In this document: positions 43,035-59,110 of the stretch, piece after piece
Layout of the letters: each line of letters begins with the position of its first letter
Numbering within the stretch: position 1 is the first letter of the stretch
From: the human T2T-CHM13v2.0 reference genome, Homo sapiens
Reading direction: 5' to 3' (one strand)
DNA: 64,000 nucleotides
Assembly: GCF_009914755.1 (NCBI RefSeq)
Contig: NC_060940.1
Position numbers and translations under genes: made by a program
The notes under the pieces: generated by a model
Databases searched by the model: none
What the model was told of the DNA's origin: nothing
What the model saw: the letters and a program-made list of their open reading frames with translations, nothing else

Positions 43035-43253
43035 GCCAGCCTGGGCAATATACTGAGACTCCATCTCTACAAAAAAGTAGAAAAATTAGCCCAGAGTGTG
43101 GTGGCACACATCTGTGCTCCCAGCTACTCAGGAGGCTGAGGTGGGAGGATCATTTGAGCCCAGGAAGTCGAGGTTGCAGTGAGCTGTGATCGGACGACTC
43201 CACTCCAGCCGGGGTGACAGAGCAAGACCCTGTCTCAAAAAAAAAAAAAAAAA
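43035..43253 (+). mobile_element. 5'-truncated AluJ
   Basis: End of left arm, right arm and A tail. Confidence 0.9.
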
Positions 43254-43761
43254 GGGCGGATCCTAACGCTTGGTCCTCACACCTGAGGCTCTCACTAAGA
43301 GGTGGCTGGAAGCTCCTCAGACCGCTGCCTAGGGTTCGAGTGATCCTGAAAGCTGTACAACATCAGCCTCTGTGGGATCCCTGAGAATGATGAAATGTAA
43401 TATGTGGCTGTCTCATCAACAGAGCTTCATTTTACCAAAGCATATGTAGACACCACATACATGAACTACATACCTATCGTGTAGATGCTGCCCTGCCTCA
43501 TAAGAACACTCTTGACTGTCCTGCTTCACAATAATAATCTTCGCAATAATGATCTAATAATGGTCAAATTCTGTGTCTCTACCGTAGAAAACAGAATTTG
43601 ACCATTTAGTCACGTTGGTCTTGCAAAATGTCCACCTTCCAAAAGAGAACAGTATTGCTTCCCAATAATTAAGAATAGTCTGGATTCAGGATCCAGCAGC
43701 TTAGAAGCGTTTAGCTACCAATAGCAAAAATCAGCCCTTTTAACAATGGTGGGATGTATTA

Positions 43762-44500
<739 letters not shown>

Positions 44501-46624
44501 GCTTAACCCATTCATGAGACCACCTGAGCCTGGTGTAACGGTTCTGCTGATAGTTTCCGGACCCTCAGAGGTGGAGACATAAGAGAACAATACCAGGGTT
44601 CCATCAGAAAGGAAATCAGAATGGCTATCGGGTGGACAACCTACAGTGTTTGCTACAGACCTTCTAGATGTAACTTCTAGATTATAAACACTGGTAACAC
44701 TGGAGATGGTTAAATCGGAATTAGCTGACTGTCAACCTTGGTGGCACATTAGAATCACCTGGGGAGCAGTTCAAAGGCCCAAAACTGGGCAGCACCACAG
44801 AACCCTCACATCAGAATCCCCATGGGTGGGCCCAGACAGCAGTGTTCATCTTAGACTCCAGTGTGCAGTCGAGGTCGAGAACTGCATTCAAGAAGGCCTG
44901 TCTACTGCGAACCGTCCGATGATGTAATTCACCAAGTTCCATGGGATTCCGCCACGCCCGTGTCAACCCAGCTGACACGTCCAACTTGGACAATCAGGGC
45001 TTTGACCCCCGTTACCTGGCATTCAATTCAATCCATGTGTCACGCATGCCCCAACAATTTGTGTCCCAACTGTTTGAATCAAAGGATTTCTGATTCCCTG
45101 ATGGGTGATGACTCAGTAACCGGATTCAGCTTCAGATCTGCCTGACATTTTTCCTGCCTGTCCTGGGCCAGGTATGGCGCTAGCTGCTTTCACCCGTATC
45201 ATCTCATTCACTTCTCAGAGGCTCTCGAAAGCTGTTGACATTATCAAAAAGTTTTCCAGCTGGAATTCATCTCCCTCTAATCAGCCTTCAAAACCTCCAT
45301 TTGTAAACCATTGCTGTAGTTTTATTACCTCTTACCTTGGTCTTTACAAGTTGCTGTCAAAACCCAGTAAGTGTTTACAGAAAGAAACTTTACATATTAA
45401 ATATCTTAAAGGTCTTTTATGCAGAATATGCAGTTAATTTTGATGGGCTATGGATAATCATCAGAAGAGCCATTTCTGGAAATGTAAATAATATGGCTGT
45501 TTCTTTTAACAGTGCATTCTCCTGAAAACATAAGACCATTTGACTGATTCTGCTCCAGAATCTTATTGAGGCAAAGGACTGGACCGAATTATTCATGGAA
45601 CAGAAGCCTAGGACTGGTAAGTCCAGGAAATGCTGCAAAACAATGCCCTCAAAAGAAATCAGCCTTTCCCTTTGATAGGTATCTCTCCTGCAAGCCAGGC
45701 TCAGGTGCGCCTCAATTAGAACCTGTGTTCGCTGGGGCCATAATTAAGAATCTTAAAGGGAAAGAATGTTTTGAAAGCCATCTGTCAAAAGTACGCAGTC
45801 TTGCTTGTAGAATTTTAGAGGTTCATGGTTACCGTGGGTCGGCACTGGGTCTGTGAGCCCTCATCCCCAGGGCTCGGTTTCCTATCAGAATCCTTGTCTG
45901 GAAGGTTGATTATATCAGATGCGCATTTTGCCAGCATCCTCAGAAGGAGATGCGAGGAAGATTCTTTTCCTGGGCCACTCTCATTTTCTCAAACTTGGAC
46001 AAGTCTTAACAATAATCTGTGACCCAACTTTGTCTTCCCCATGATGAAAAACAGACCCCATAGAAACTCTCTGGCACAAAAACTCTGGAATCACTGACCC
46101 CAGACATTGTTCCCTGCCATCCACTCTGCCAGACATTTCTTGGATTTATTCAAGCTGACTTGTATTCCAGAACAATTGTGGACAAGATTTGCTAGTAATG
46201 CTTCCAACAAGTTACCGTTTAGCAAGTTCAGAACTTGAAGAATCCCTTTTATCCTAACGCTGACTAATAAACTGGTGAGAACTGTTTGAAATACCCATAA
46301 GTCAATGGAGGTCGTAATTTGTTTTTATGCTGTATTAAACACCACTGAGATGTTAAGGTCTTTCTTGGGAACCACCGTGATGTTCTCTTCTGGACTCTTC
46401 GTAACCCCTTCAGCAGACGACCCTGTATCTGGTCTTGGTTCTGAAAGGTTTGCAGCGGCACCTAAGTCACTGAAGTTCTGGCAGAATTCATTCTCCTGCT
46501 CTCTACTGGGACTTGTTTTCCATAATTGGTCTGAGAACAACAGATTTTTTTCTTTTTTGCCTCGGATTTCAACAAAACATACATGGAAAGAATATTTTCT
46601 TCCTTGGAGACATTTCCCATAGGG

Positions 46625-46790
46625 CAGTGGTTCTTAAAATACGTTCCTGAACCGGCAGCATCAGAATCCCCTGGGAACGTGCTGGAAATGTAGATCCCCA
46701 GGCCCTACCTAGCCCTACTGAATTAGAGACCCTGGGAGGGAGGTCCAGCAGCCTGGGTTTTAACACATCCTCCAGGCGATTCTGAGAGTG
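46625..46790. mobile_element. MER5A DNA transposon
   Basis: cagtggttcttaaa...cagcatcagaatcccctggga...ttttaacacatcctccaggcgattctg. Confidence 0.8.
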
Positions 46791-48487
46791 AGAGAGCCAG
46801 GGCCTTCGGGCATCAACCTTGGGGCGAGGGTGTTGGGTTGCCCAACACCCTTTAGTCTAATGGCTTTAGGGTCAAATATGTCTAAACCAAGAAGCCCCAT
46901 GGGGCAGTGATTAGCATGCAGGTCCCCAGGCCCCCTTTTTGTAGATCCTGATTCAGAATATCTGGGACGGGGGCTGGAGATTCATATTTTTAATAAATTC
47001 CCTCATTTATTATTTTTGTGTCTTATTTCCCATACACAAAAACACTGCGTAGAGAAATGGGAGTGTGGGCGATGCTCCCATGCTGGGAGTCTCAGGCCTG
47101 GGCTAGTCCTAAAATAATTGAAAAGGAATTGATTCTTAATTACCCAGAACATCCACGCTCTAGGACCTAGTGTGACCTCTTCTGCCTTCTGAACCGAGGA
47201 GTCCACCCCTAAGCCCAAGGAACTGAGCGTGAAGAGCCCTCACGCCATGAAGACTTGAATCACTTTAAAGCAATTTGCTTCTTATTAAAATGTACTTCAG
47301 TAAAAAATCATTTCAACTCTTAAGCCACAAAAGGATATCCAATCATTTAAAGCTTCCTGAGTGTTTCGGTTGATTAAAAAGCTTTTAAAGAGCATAGTAA
47401 ATATTTTACCAGAAGGATAAGTTATTCAGTATGGAGATTATTTATTAAAAACTAGTAATTTATTAGTTCATTTATCTTTATTTTCGTGTAAGTGCATTCT
47501 TTTAATCTAGGCACACTTTTTTTCTATTCCCTCAGCAGGTTAAGCTGCCACTTGACAATTCTGTAACACATAAATGTATTTAAATAGAATTTAACTTGTG
47601 AAAATAACAAGATTTCACTAATAATGGAAAAGATAGCTATAAAATTACAGTTTAATTTGAACTTTCGGAGAGTTTTAAGCACAGTTTCATGCACTTAAAA
47701 AGGAATCACATTTGCTGTTTTGAAAAAAGAACAAGATTCTCACTTATCACTTGGGTCATTGATCCTGAAGGAAATAACTAATGCATAACTTCTTTTTCTT
47801 ATAGCTGGAAAGGAAAACATGTAATACATTAGCCCAAAATCAAAGTACTGGGTTCAAGTGCTTACGGTTACATATTTGATTTCTATAATAAAAACATCAG
47901 AATGTTTTCAGCTGCAAGCAATGACTAAAAATGGTTTAAATCACAAGGATATTGAGGGATCTCACACACGAGATGTCCAGAGGAGGCTGTGCCGTGGATA
48001 GGAGACTTGTCACCCCTTCTGTCCACCCACCCTGCTGGCTGCTCTGTGGGGCTTGTGGCTTTCTTCTCGGGGTGACACAATATCTCCAAGCGCCGCCTCT
48101 GTGGGCCACCCCAACGCCCTTGCCCCAAAGCTTTCCTCCCTGCCCACCTCAGCTGTGGGTGGAATGGTGTCCCCCTAAAAGACTGATGGAAGTCCTAACC
48201 CCTATACCTGTGAATGTGGCCTTATTTTTGGAAATAGGGAAAACCAGGCTGGGCAACACAGTGAGACTCCGTCTTGAAAACAAAAGTTGAAGTGCACCTG
48301 CTCACCGACTGCTGCCCCTGTGGAAGGAAGGGAGGCCCTGCAATATGGGCTTGCTGCATCCCTTGTTTAAATCGTCCCAACTCAGATACACGTTTCACAG
48401 GCCCCATCCAAGGCAGGGAGGCAGAGCGGGGGCTTTGCATCATCTGTTCTCTCTCTTTCTCTTTCCCTCTACCCTCCCTTCTTCTTT

Positions 48488-48489
<2 letters not shown>

Positions 48490-48522
<33 letters not shown>

Positions 48523-48550
48523 ACGTGTCTCTCTCTCTCTCTCTGTCTCT
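48490..48550. repeat. Compound microsatellite (CT)n(GT)n(CT)n
   Basis: Read directly from the sequence. Confidence 0.9.
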
Positions 48551-49404
48551 CCCCCAGGGGCACACTTTCCCGTAATCTTCCGACAGACCTGCCCTTCTAT
48601 CTGTTTGGCCAGGCGCTGGTCACATGCCCACCTCACAGCCATCACTGGCAAGGGGATGCCAAATAACCTTGACTGGCTAAGGGCCAGCTGGGGGACAGCC
48701 TTGTCTTCTCTGAGCCCAGGACATAATTTCAAGAAGAGGAGGGAAGGCACCTGAGAAGCACCAGCTGCCCGCCCACCCACCCAAACAGGTCACCCAGGCT
48801 GGCCCGGCCCTGGTGACATCACTGAGTTCCATGGCATGGCTCCTCCCCTCACTGGGCTCCAAAATGACCGCGTAGTCATTTTCAGTGAGAAATCAAAGTA
48901 TGAAGGAGTCCTCTCTGCTGGCCAGTCTACCCAGGCGGCTGAACTCCACTGAGAAAGCAGCTTGGAGCACGTGCTCCCAAAGCAAGCAGGATGCACCTAT
49001 TTCCCCAGCAGAGACCAGCCACGGCGTGGACCCAGCACCCCGAAGGCAGGAGGCAGAGTGCCCGTGGTTGTTCCCCAGCTGTCTTTGCATGAGGTCCCAC
49101 AGCTGACCCACCTCCTCCTGGGTGCTTTTTGTTCTTTACTGATAACGTTGATACAGTCGGATTCCAGACTAAGCTGGGCTCCAGAGTCCCCCTGTGTCTA
49201 TGGGCTGCCTGCAGAAGAGAGGAGTAGAGGGCGAGTGGACGGACACAGTGCTCTGCTCTAAGACAAGGCATTGGTTGTTTAGGGTCAAGACACAGAAGCA
49301 ACAAGCAAGGAGGACTGTGGGTGTTGACACCAAGGGCAGACCAAGGTCATGCTGGGCCCTGCAGCAGCGACTCTGCAGACCTCTCTCGTGCTCCACCATT
49401 ACCC

Positions 49405-50232
<828 letters not shown>

Positions 50233-51144
50233 CTGTGCCTGTTTTCCCAGCCCACATACCTGAAACCACCAAGCCACGTGTTAGGTACAGAGAGAGGCTC
50301 CCACTGGCCCCATTCACCCTTGCTCATCGGAGCGGCTCGCTCCTGTCTGTACCTGATCACAGGCACCATCCGTGCTCTCCCTTTATCCTGGCGTGCGTGT
50401 CCCCTCCCGGGCTCCCTTTGTCTGTGTATGGGTTTTGCCATTGTCCTGCAGACTCTGAAGACCCCTTTTTTTCCCCAGTTTTCATGAATTCATTTGGACT
50501 ATCTCATGCTGCCTGGCTTGGCATCTTATAGCCAGCTTTTTAAAAGCAATCATAGCTGGTACATGAAGGGTTGATCTGGTGTGACGAAATTAAGCCTTTT
50601 TTTTTTTTCATAAGCAAGTAAATTGGGAATTAAATTAGGTCCAAAATTCATCTGAGGCTTCTGAGAACTTGTTTGCAGAAAGCAATTGCTCTGGGACTGG
50701 CAACATTAGTAATCAAAGAGAAGCTAAAGAAAAACAGAAAATTGAAAAAAAAAAAAAAAGGAGGGAAATAAATTTGAATCAAGTTCATTTTTTCCAACAT
50801 TTTATTTTGAAAAATTTTAAACATTCAACAAAACTAAAAGAATTTCTACAGTGAACACCTGCATACTACCTACAGTCAACTACTAACATATGACTCTGCT
50901 TGATGTATGATCTTTCTGACTCTGCCATGGCACAGGTCACAAGAGACTGCCAGGAGAGGAAGGTTCCAGGCTCGCCCTGAGAGGGGCCAGTGTCTCAAAA
51001 GCAAACTGTCCTCAAAGAACCTGTATTATCAACATTCAAAGCCCTTCAAGAGGCCAGCATTGCCATCAGAGTCCTTGTGGAAATATCCATTTTTCCCTGG
51101 CAGTAACACCAGCAGCCAAAATTTGTTTTAAAAATTATTGCACC

Positions 51145-51419
51145 GGCTGGGTGCGGTGACTCATGCCTGCAATCCCAGCATTTTACGAGGCAGGTGGATC
51201 ACTTGAGGTCAGGAGTTCAAGACCAGCCTGGCCAACACAGTGAAATCCCATCTCTACCAAAAAATACAAAAATTAGCCAGGTGTGGTGGCTCATGCCTGC
51301 ATAATCCTAGCTACTTGGGAGGCTGAGGTGGGAGAATCACTTGACACCAGGAGGTAGAGGTTGCAGTGAGCTAAGATCGTGCCACTGCAACATAATGAGA
51401 CCCTATCTCAAAAAAAAAA
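51145..51419 (+). mobile_element. Alu (S-type, small deletions)
   Basis: Dimer, TSD tattgcac. Confidence 0.92.
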
Positions 51420-53064
51420 TATTGCACATTCCTTTGTGTCAGTTTTGTCTCATGACTAGTGTGGTAAAATTTGGCTACCTACTATGTATCTGTTTATTAA
51501 CGTGTGCAGTAGGTTTAAATATTCTTACAACTGCTTACATGAAATAATAATTGAATAAATAGAATGCTTCCATACTCTGCAGCCCATGATTCTGAAAATC
51601 GTCTAATGGGCTGCACTGGCTTCTCTGGGCTGACCTGGAAACATTGTCATCTTCACAAGTTCTGTACCAGCACAGTGCCCGGCACGAAGTAGATGCTCAG
51701 CAAACATTTGATCATTGGATAGATGCATATCCTGGCAAGCTGTGGTCGGACAAAAATAAATAAATAAATAAAAATTTTTTAAAAAAAGGATCCTATAGAG
51801 TCAGTATCAAAGGTCTGCTGTTGTACTGATTGGGGGGAAAGATCTCAGGATCTCAGGATGTCATCTTGACTGAAGACAAGACTGACTCGGGTACCAGTGC
51901 CATTTGCTCCTTGAATGCATCTCTCACTCCGGACTGAATATTCAGCTCCCTGCAAATCCCTATAAGGTGATTCAGGAACCAAGGGACAGGAAATTCTCTT
52001 CAGGATATTTACATTCTTTATCACTTGCTTTCAGCTGCAAGTGGCCAGTAATCTACCTCAAGGCACTGAAGCAAGAAAGGGCATTTGTTGACACTTGGAA
52101 GCTGGGGTTTGGGGGTAAATTCAGACATTGCTGATCCAGCTGCTCAAATTCATCAGGAATGGCTGCTGCCACTCAACTCTGCCATCCTGTATGATGCCTT
52201 GGCCACCATGGAAAGATGGCCACAAGCAGTTCCAGCTGCATTCAAACCCCTCAGGCATCAACCCCTGGACAACAACAGCTTCCCTGGTTGTTTCCCAAAG
52301 TTCCCGCAAATGTCCCAAGGTTGCATCTCCTTGGTCTGATTTGGGGTATATGCCTATCTCTGAGCCAGTCACGGAAGCCAGCCAAGAGGAGTGGAATAAT
52401 CTCATCGGCCAGGCCTGGTTCAGCACCCTACACTGAGACCAGGCATGGGATTAACCCACTCATCAAAGAACTGGAATTGAGGATGGGGGAGAAGAGCTAC
52501 CTAAGTGGGATCAGGTGCTATTTACAGGCTACGTAAATTTAAGGCTCACCAAGCTCCAAATATTCAGGAAGGTGCACCTAATTTCCAAGTCTTTCCCACT
52601 CTCTCTCCCTCTCCAGCCAGCCCCAGGTAGCTTCCCCCATTGCCTGGCAAACTCCGAGCTCCTAGTCTGACGCCAACATGGAACCCAAAGGTGAGTCTCT
52701 TCTTCTTCACGACTCAGTTTAATTCTCAGCATAAGCCCTCCAGTCAATTCGGTGCTCTAAAAAGTTGGAAAACATTTATTAAACACCCACTGAATGCCAG
52801 GAACTGTGCCAGGCCCTACACCAATGGTGCTGTATTCTACCTACTCATTAGAATCACCTGGAAAACTTTTACACACAGCAATGCTAGGGCCCCACGTGCA
52901 GCATTCATCATGCCCACATCATTAGTATTTTGCCAAAGTCCTCCCTCCCCTGGGTGTCCAGCCAGGGTGAGAATCCCGGCGTTAGGAAATAAGACGCATT
53001 ATCCCGTACGTAATGGAGCGCCTTCTTGGAAGTTAAACGTTGAGCTGCCAGGTGTGCCTTCTAG

Positions 53065-53647
<583 letters not shown>

Positions 53648-54399
53648 TTTTCCAGCTTTATTGCTCATAATCTTGGGAAAGTCACCTGGTCACCGCAAGC
53701 CTCCTGACTGTCATTTCTGCGAAGGGGATAGCAATAATTTCCTCCAGGTTTTTGTGCAGATTGCAATAAGATTATGAACGTGCCATGCTTAGGGCGGGGC
53801 TTAAGCACTCATTCAGTGGGTGAAAGGAAGAGGAGAGAAGAGAGGAAGAGAAGCAGACTGACTGTTCAGTGTGAGTGGAAGCCCCATCTCCACGCGAAAA
53901 CAGAGCAAAACCAGGATGAAGGCCACCCACGTAGTACCGTGGCCTGCCCTGCTCAGTAGCCGCGCCCAGACTTCCATCTGTGGCCAGCAGAGGGCAGCGT
54001 TGTGCAACTAAAGCCCCAGGATTCGGGCAAGGCCCCAAACCCAGAGGACAACTTTGCTAGAAGGTCTGGCAGGGAACCTGCATAATTTACTCCTGAGTCT
54101 CAGAACTAAAGTAAACAACGCCCCAAGAAATGATACCTAAGAGGCACATGACCTGCATGCAAATAAAGAGGCAGCATGAAGTAATCGCTTTCGGGGACGG
54201 TCTAATTTCCCCCTTGCCCCACCCCGCTCCCAGGATGAGAAGCTTCAGACCCCTGCATGATTTTCCCAAGGCTGTAAGGAAGGATGTTTGATAGGGACTT
54301 TCCTGTGCCGTGTTTCATTCGATTTTCCCGATAATCTGAAAGTTGGGCATTTTTATATATTCTTTTGTTTCTAAACAGAAGAGTAAATCATGCTCTGCA

Positions 54400-54805
54400 A
54401 GCTGTCTCTGGGACGTGCTGGCCTCCCTTCCACCCCAGGACCTTTGCTTGTGCTGTTGTTTTTGGCAGAAATCCCATCCTCCCACCGCACAGCTCCTTCA
54501 CTTGGCGAACAGCTCGGTATAGGTACATCTCAAGTCAGACATCACGTCCTCAGGGAGCTTTGCTCAAATCTTGCACACCTGGCCTGGTGCTGTGGTTTCT
54601 GCTTTCATACCAGCTTGTTCTTTTCAGAGCTTCTATCATGGTGGTATGTGTATCTGTGTGACTCTTTGATTGTCTTTCTCCCTCACTAGCCTGTAAGCAC
54701 CAAGAAGGCAAGAACTGTTTTTGCCTTCATTGACTCCCTAGTATCCTGGACATTGGCTGGCACACCCTACCAATATTTATTTGTTGAATGAATGAATGAA
54801 TGAAC
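54400..54805 (+). mobile_element. L2 3' end
   Basis: ggacctttgcttgtgctgtt...tatttgttgaatgaatgaatgaatgaa tail. Confidence 0.7.
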
Positions 54806-55171
54806 TTGCCCAAGGTAGCACAGCTGGTAAGAGGCGAACTGGCATTCGACCCAGATCCTCTGACCCGCTAATCAGTCCACATCCCACTTTATCTTATTGC
54901 CATATATGAGCAAATGTTGAAAATTGGTGTTTTTTTTAGTCTTCCCACCCAAGGGGGCCTGCGGGACTTATATACCAACACCTGTCAGTCATGGTTGGGG
55001 GCTGCTGGGGTGGAGAGGTGGGCACGCAGTGGTGCCAATTCCCTGGAACGGATGGTAGCGTGAAATCCAGCGGCAACAGAAAGCTCTCAAGCAAAGAAGC
55101 ACAGCTGCTGGTGGTCAGATGTCAGGCCAGAGTTTACAGAAGTGACAAAGGCAGGGGACATGGGAAGGTCA

Positions 55172-55662
55172 CTATATAGATTGTGTCCCCCCAGAAACGT
55201 GTGGAAGTCCTAACTCCCGCTGCCTGTGAATGTGATCTTATTTGGAAACGGTTCTTTGCATATGTAATCAAGTTGAGATTAGGTCATGCTGAATTAGGGT
55301 GGGCCCTAAATCCAATGACTAGGGTCCTTCTAAGAAGGTAATTTTCACAGATAGGAAACACCCAGGGAGAAGGCCACGTGATAATGGAGGCAGAGACTGG
55401 AGTGACACAGCTGGGAGCCAGAGAACATCAACGATCACCAAGTGTCTCCAGGAACCATCAGGAGCTGGAGGGGCGGGAAGGATCTTCCCGGGAGCATGGA
55501 TTTGTAGACACCTTGATTTTGGACTTCTGCCCTCCAGAACTATGAAAGGGTAAGTGTCTTCTGTTGTAAGCCCCTCAGTTTGAGGTTGTAAGCTCCTCAG
55601 TTTGGGGTTGTAAGCCCCTCAGTTTGGGGCATTTTGTTGCAGTGGCCCTGGGAAATGAATAC
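55172..55662 (+). mobile_element. MLT1B/C LTR with 3 x 22-bp tandem repeat at 55563-55628
   Basis: ttgtgtccccccagaaa...cctgtgaatgtgatcttatttggaaa...gggccctaaatccaatgact. Confidence 0.85.
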
Positions 55663-56763
55663 GGGCCCCTACAGTGCCACGATGGTCAATGGGGAGCTTT
55701 GTGCTAGTGACTGGGAGTACGACACAGTGCTTGCAGCTTGGAAAACTCTTAGTACAGGGTCCCGCAATTTGTAGTTGGTGGAGCCCAGATTTCTGCGCTG
55801 TCATATCTGCTCCTCGAGGCTATGGAGTGAGTTTCTCTCCTCTTCTTCAATCAGCGATTACCCCACCCCCAGCTTTGCAGTGCATCCCTTCTCATCTCCC
55901 AGGGCACTCCTATCCCATCCACACTATTCACAGAGGGTGTGCAGGCTGGGACCCATGTGAGGCAGACTCGGGATGGCGTTGCTGTCTGAGAAACTGCACA
56001 AGTCTTTATTTCAGTTTTCCGCTGCTGTGAAGAGGCCACGCGGGCCCAACAATAGGGTTCCAGTCTCTCCGTGAGCCTCCCTGGACCCCTCACTCCCCCA
56101 GGTGTGTCTGTGCCCAGGAACACCTCACCATCTTGTCCCAGGAACCTGCAGCCCTTTTCATCCTCCGACTCACCTCCAGATTCTACTTCATGAAAGCACC
56201 CCTTAAAATGGTCAGTCCAAGCCAGATCCTCCTTGGAAGATGGGAGAGCAGAGAAGCCAATGGCAGTGCCCGCCTCTGGCAGGGCAGAGGGTGAGTGAGT
56301 CAGAACAGGTCAAGGGCTCATCATTTTCATGGCCCAGTCTCATTGATGGAGAGACCCTCAGAATACTCTGTCCTGGCTAAGACTAGAGAAGGGGGCTGAG
56401 ACCTCCGTCTTGAAGATAAGGGAGAGGTCAGAGGATCAGCTGACCTCTTTGAACAGCCTGTCCCCTGGGACTGGAGTGAAGGCCTCTGGGACCTGAGCTA
56501 TCCTACCTAGACCACCATCCTCCCCACTCCTCAGCCCATGTGACTGGGTGAGGGCACAAGCCTAGGAAAGAAGGCACTCTGCACCTGACTATTACGAGAT
56601 GATAGAGATGCACCAGCCCCTGGACAAGCACTGGGTCCCTTGACACCAGCAAGAATGAATAGGGGCTCAGTCCTCACTACATTGAGGCCCCACGTAGCAA
56701 GCACAACCATCCCCTCTGACATGTGGCATCAAATTGCACGTCAGCATAAGGAATCCTGGTAGA

Positions 56764-57072
56764 TTTTTTTTTTTTTTTAATCTATCTATTTATCTGAAAC
56801 AGGGTTTTACTCTTGTCGCCCAGACTGGAGTGCGATAATGTGATCTCACTGTAACCTCCACCTCCCAGGTTCAAGCAATTCTCTTGCCTCAGCCTCCTGA
56901 GTAGCTAGGATTACAGGCGTGCGCCACCACGCCCGACTGATTTTGTATTTTTAGTAGAGATGGGGTTTCACCATGTTGGCCAGGCTGGTCTCAAACCCAT
57001 GACCGCAAGTGATCTGCCCTCCTCATCCTCCCTAAGTGATGGGATTACAGGCCTGAGCCACCGCTCCTGGCC
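56764..57072 (-). mobile_element. Alu (S-type)
   Basis: Dimer in reverse complement, TSD ggtagatttt. Confidence 0.93.
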
Positions 57073-58879
57073 CTCGGTAGATTTTTAGAAACCTTCATCT
57101 CTGTGTGATTCCAGAAGCTCCAGGAGGCCAACAGCAGCCTGGGAAGGTGAAAAGCCTCCTCCTCCTAACCAGCCCACAGACAGAGGCTTTGGGACTCACT
57201 GGGGTGGCTGGGCCTGTATCCTAGAGGAATGTGCACAAGTGCACAGGGAGGCTGAGGCACCGGCCAGGCCTGAGTGACCTGCTCCCTGGCCCGCTCCTGC
57301 CTCCTCCCTCCATGCCCCTTAATCTTTTGCTTGCAGTCCCATTTTTCAAGTAGAACGAAGGCGTGCAAGTAAATCAGCACTGAAAGATGACATCACAGCG
57401 TCTACCTACAGGGAGGCGGGGAAAAGGGTGATTTCATTTTATTTTGTACATTGCTTTACTGTTTGCATTTTTTAACAGGCACATACGTTCACGCATAACC
57501 TGTATAATCAATTTTGTCTTCTGTTTTCTTAATTCCCCAACAGGCAGGACAGCCGTGTCCTACATTTCCCGCCATTTCCCCATGGTGATGGAGCTGCAGG
57601 GGTCCTGAGAGAGGGACGCTCACAAGGTCCCCGCACCACTTCCCGAGGGTCCCAGAATGACAGATTCGTATTCTAAAGGTGAGTCTGTCAATTGCATTCT
57701 GCCCTATGGCAGTCCGGCCAAGGGGGTGGCACCGCAGAGCCAGGAGGGCAATCCCAGTTCACGGTCACCAGGCTCAACCGCAGGCAACGGGCTGGTTGCA
57801 TTCGTGTGGCAGGTCCTGGCTCCCCTGTTGTGTAGACAGGAGCGCGCGGTGAGCGGAGTGTCGGCCACAAACTCTTGCCCTGGGCGTGGCCATGTGACTT
57901 GGTTGATCCAATGGGATAAGAGCGGGGATGACAGAGCCCGCCCCATCCTAGGTCCCTGCCTGAGATGCTGGAGCTGAGCGTCCCAGCCACGTGCGCATGC
58001 TGGAGCGGAGGGGCTGTGCCTGGCCAGTGCTGCGTATGGGGGGGCGCCTCCGTTTCATGTCTGGTCAGTTTAGGGACGCCGCATCATTGCAGCAAAAGCC
58101 TGACTCCATACCGCTGAGAAATCACCGTGGCTAATGCAGAAGCTGAAGTAGGGCTGTCTTCCATGTGACTCTGGCAAAAAGTCATATGAGTTATTCAGGT
58201 CACATGACAGGCCCCCCAACCCTGATCTGAAGGTGGCCACGTGGTGAGGCAGGCCAAGCAGAGTGCTTTTCCCAGCGTCGGTACCAAGGTGCGTTTCTTT
58301 TTCGAAATCACAGCTGTAGGAGGCGGCAGCCTGGGCTCCCTGTTGCGGGGCGGAGTCTGTGGTGGGACATCCGAGACGAAGCCACTTTACTCATTAGGTG
58401 TAAACGGCCCAGCGCTGGGGCCTACGGACTTCTCAGGACCTGTACATTTATGAGAGACTTTTGTGGGGAAGGGGATGGTATTGATACCAAAGTGAAATTC
58501 CGAGGTCCAACACGTTTGAATCAATATCTACAAAAGATACCATTATACCAACCTCATTAACGGGTATATTTAGCATTCATAGAATGTTGTGTTGGTGAGT
58601 AAGTTGTAGGTGCCACAAAAATTCCCAAGTATGCGGGATAACTGCTGAGAAATCATAGCCAGCAGTAGAGGGAGTGACTTGCTGTGGAATGCCTCGGGGA
58701 GGAAGGCTTCAGTAGCGGGTAGCACAGACCCCCTTGATGCTGGGTCAAACCAATAGGGAGGTGTTTTTCTCACAAAGCCAGAAGTCTGAAGGGGAGAGAT
58801 CACTCACGTGTATTTAGCTGGAGATAGCCACTCACTCATTTCTGAACCAAATGCTGGTACAGACAATGAGACTGAGATT

Positions 58880-59110
58880 TTATTTAACAAAACGCTCTGT
58901 GCCCGGTATCATCCTAAGCACTTTACAGTATGAACTCTGTCCTCTTACAGCCCTATGAAATGTCTGTAATTATTATCCGCACACTTTACAGCCGAGGAAA
59001 CTGTGGCCCAGAGAGGTGAGGTTACTTGCTCAAGATTGCACAGCATGTAAATACAAAGGCTGGGATTTTAACCCAAGCTGTCTGACTCCAGAGTTGACAG
59101 CGGTACACAC
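58880..59110. mobile_element. MIR
   Basis: Core gaggaaactgtggcccagagaggtgaggttacttgctcaagattgcacagc. Confidence 0.8.
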
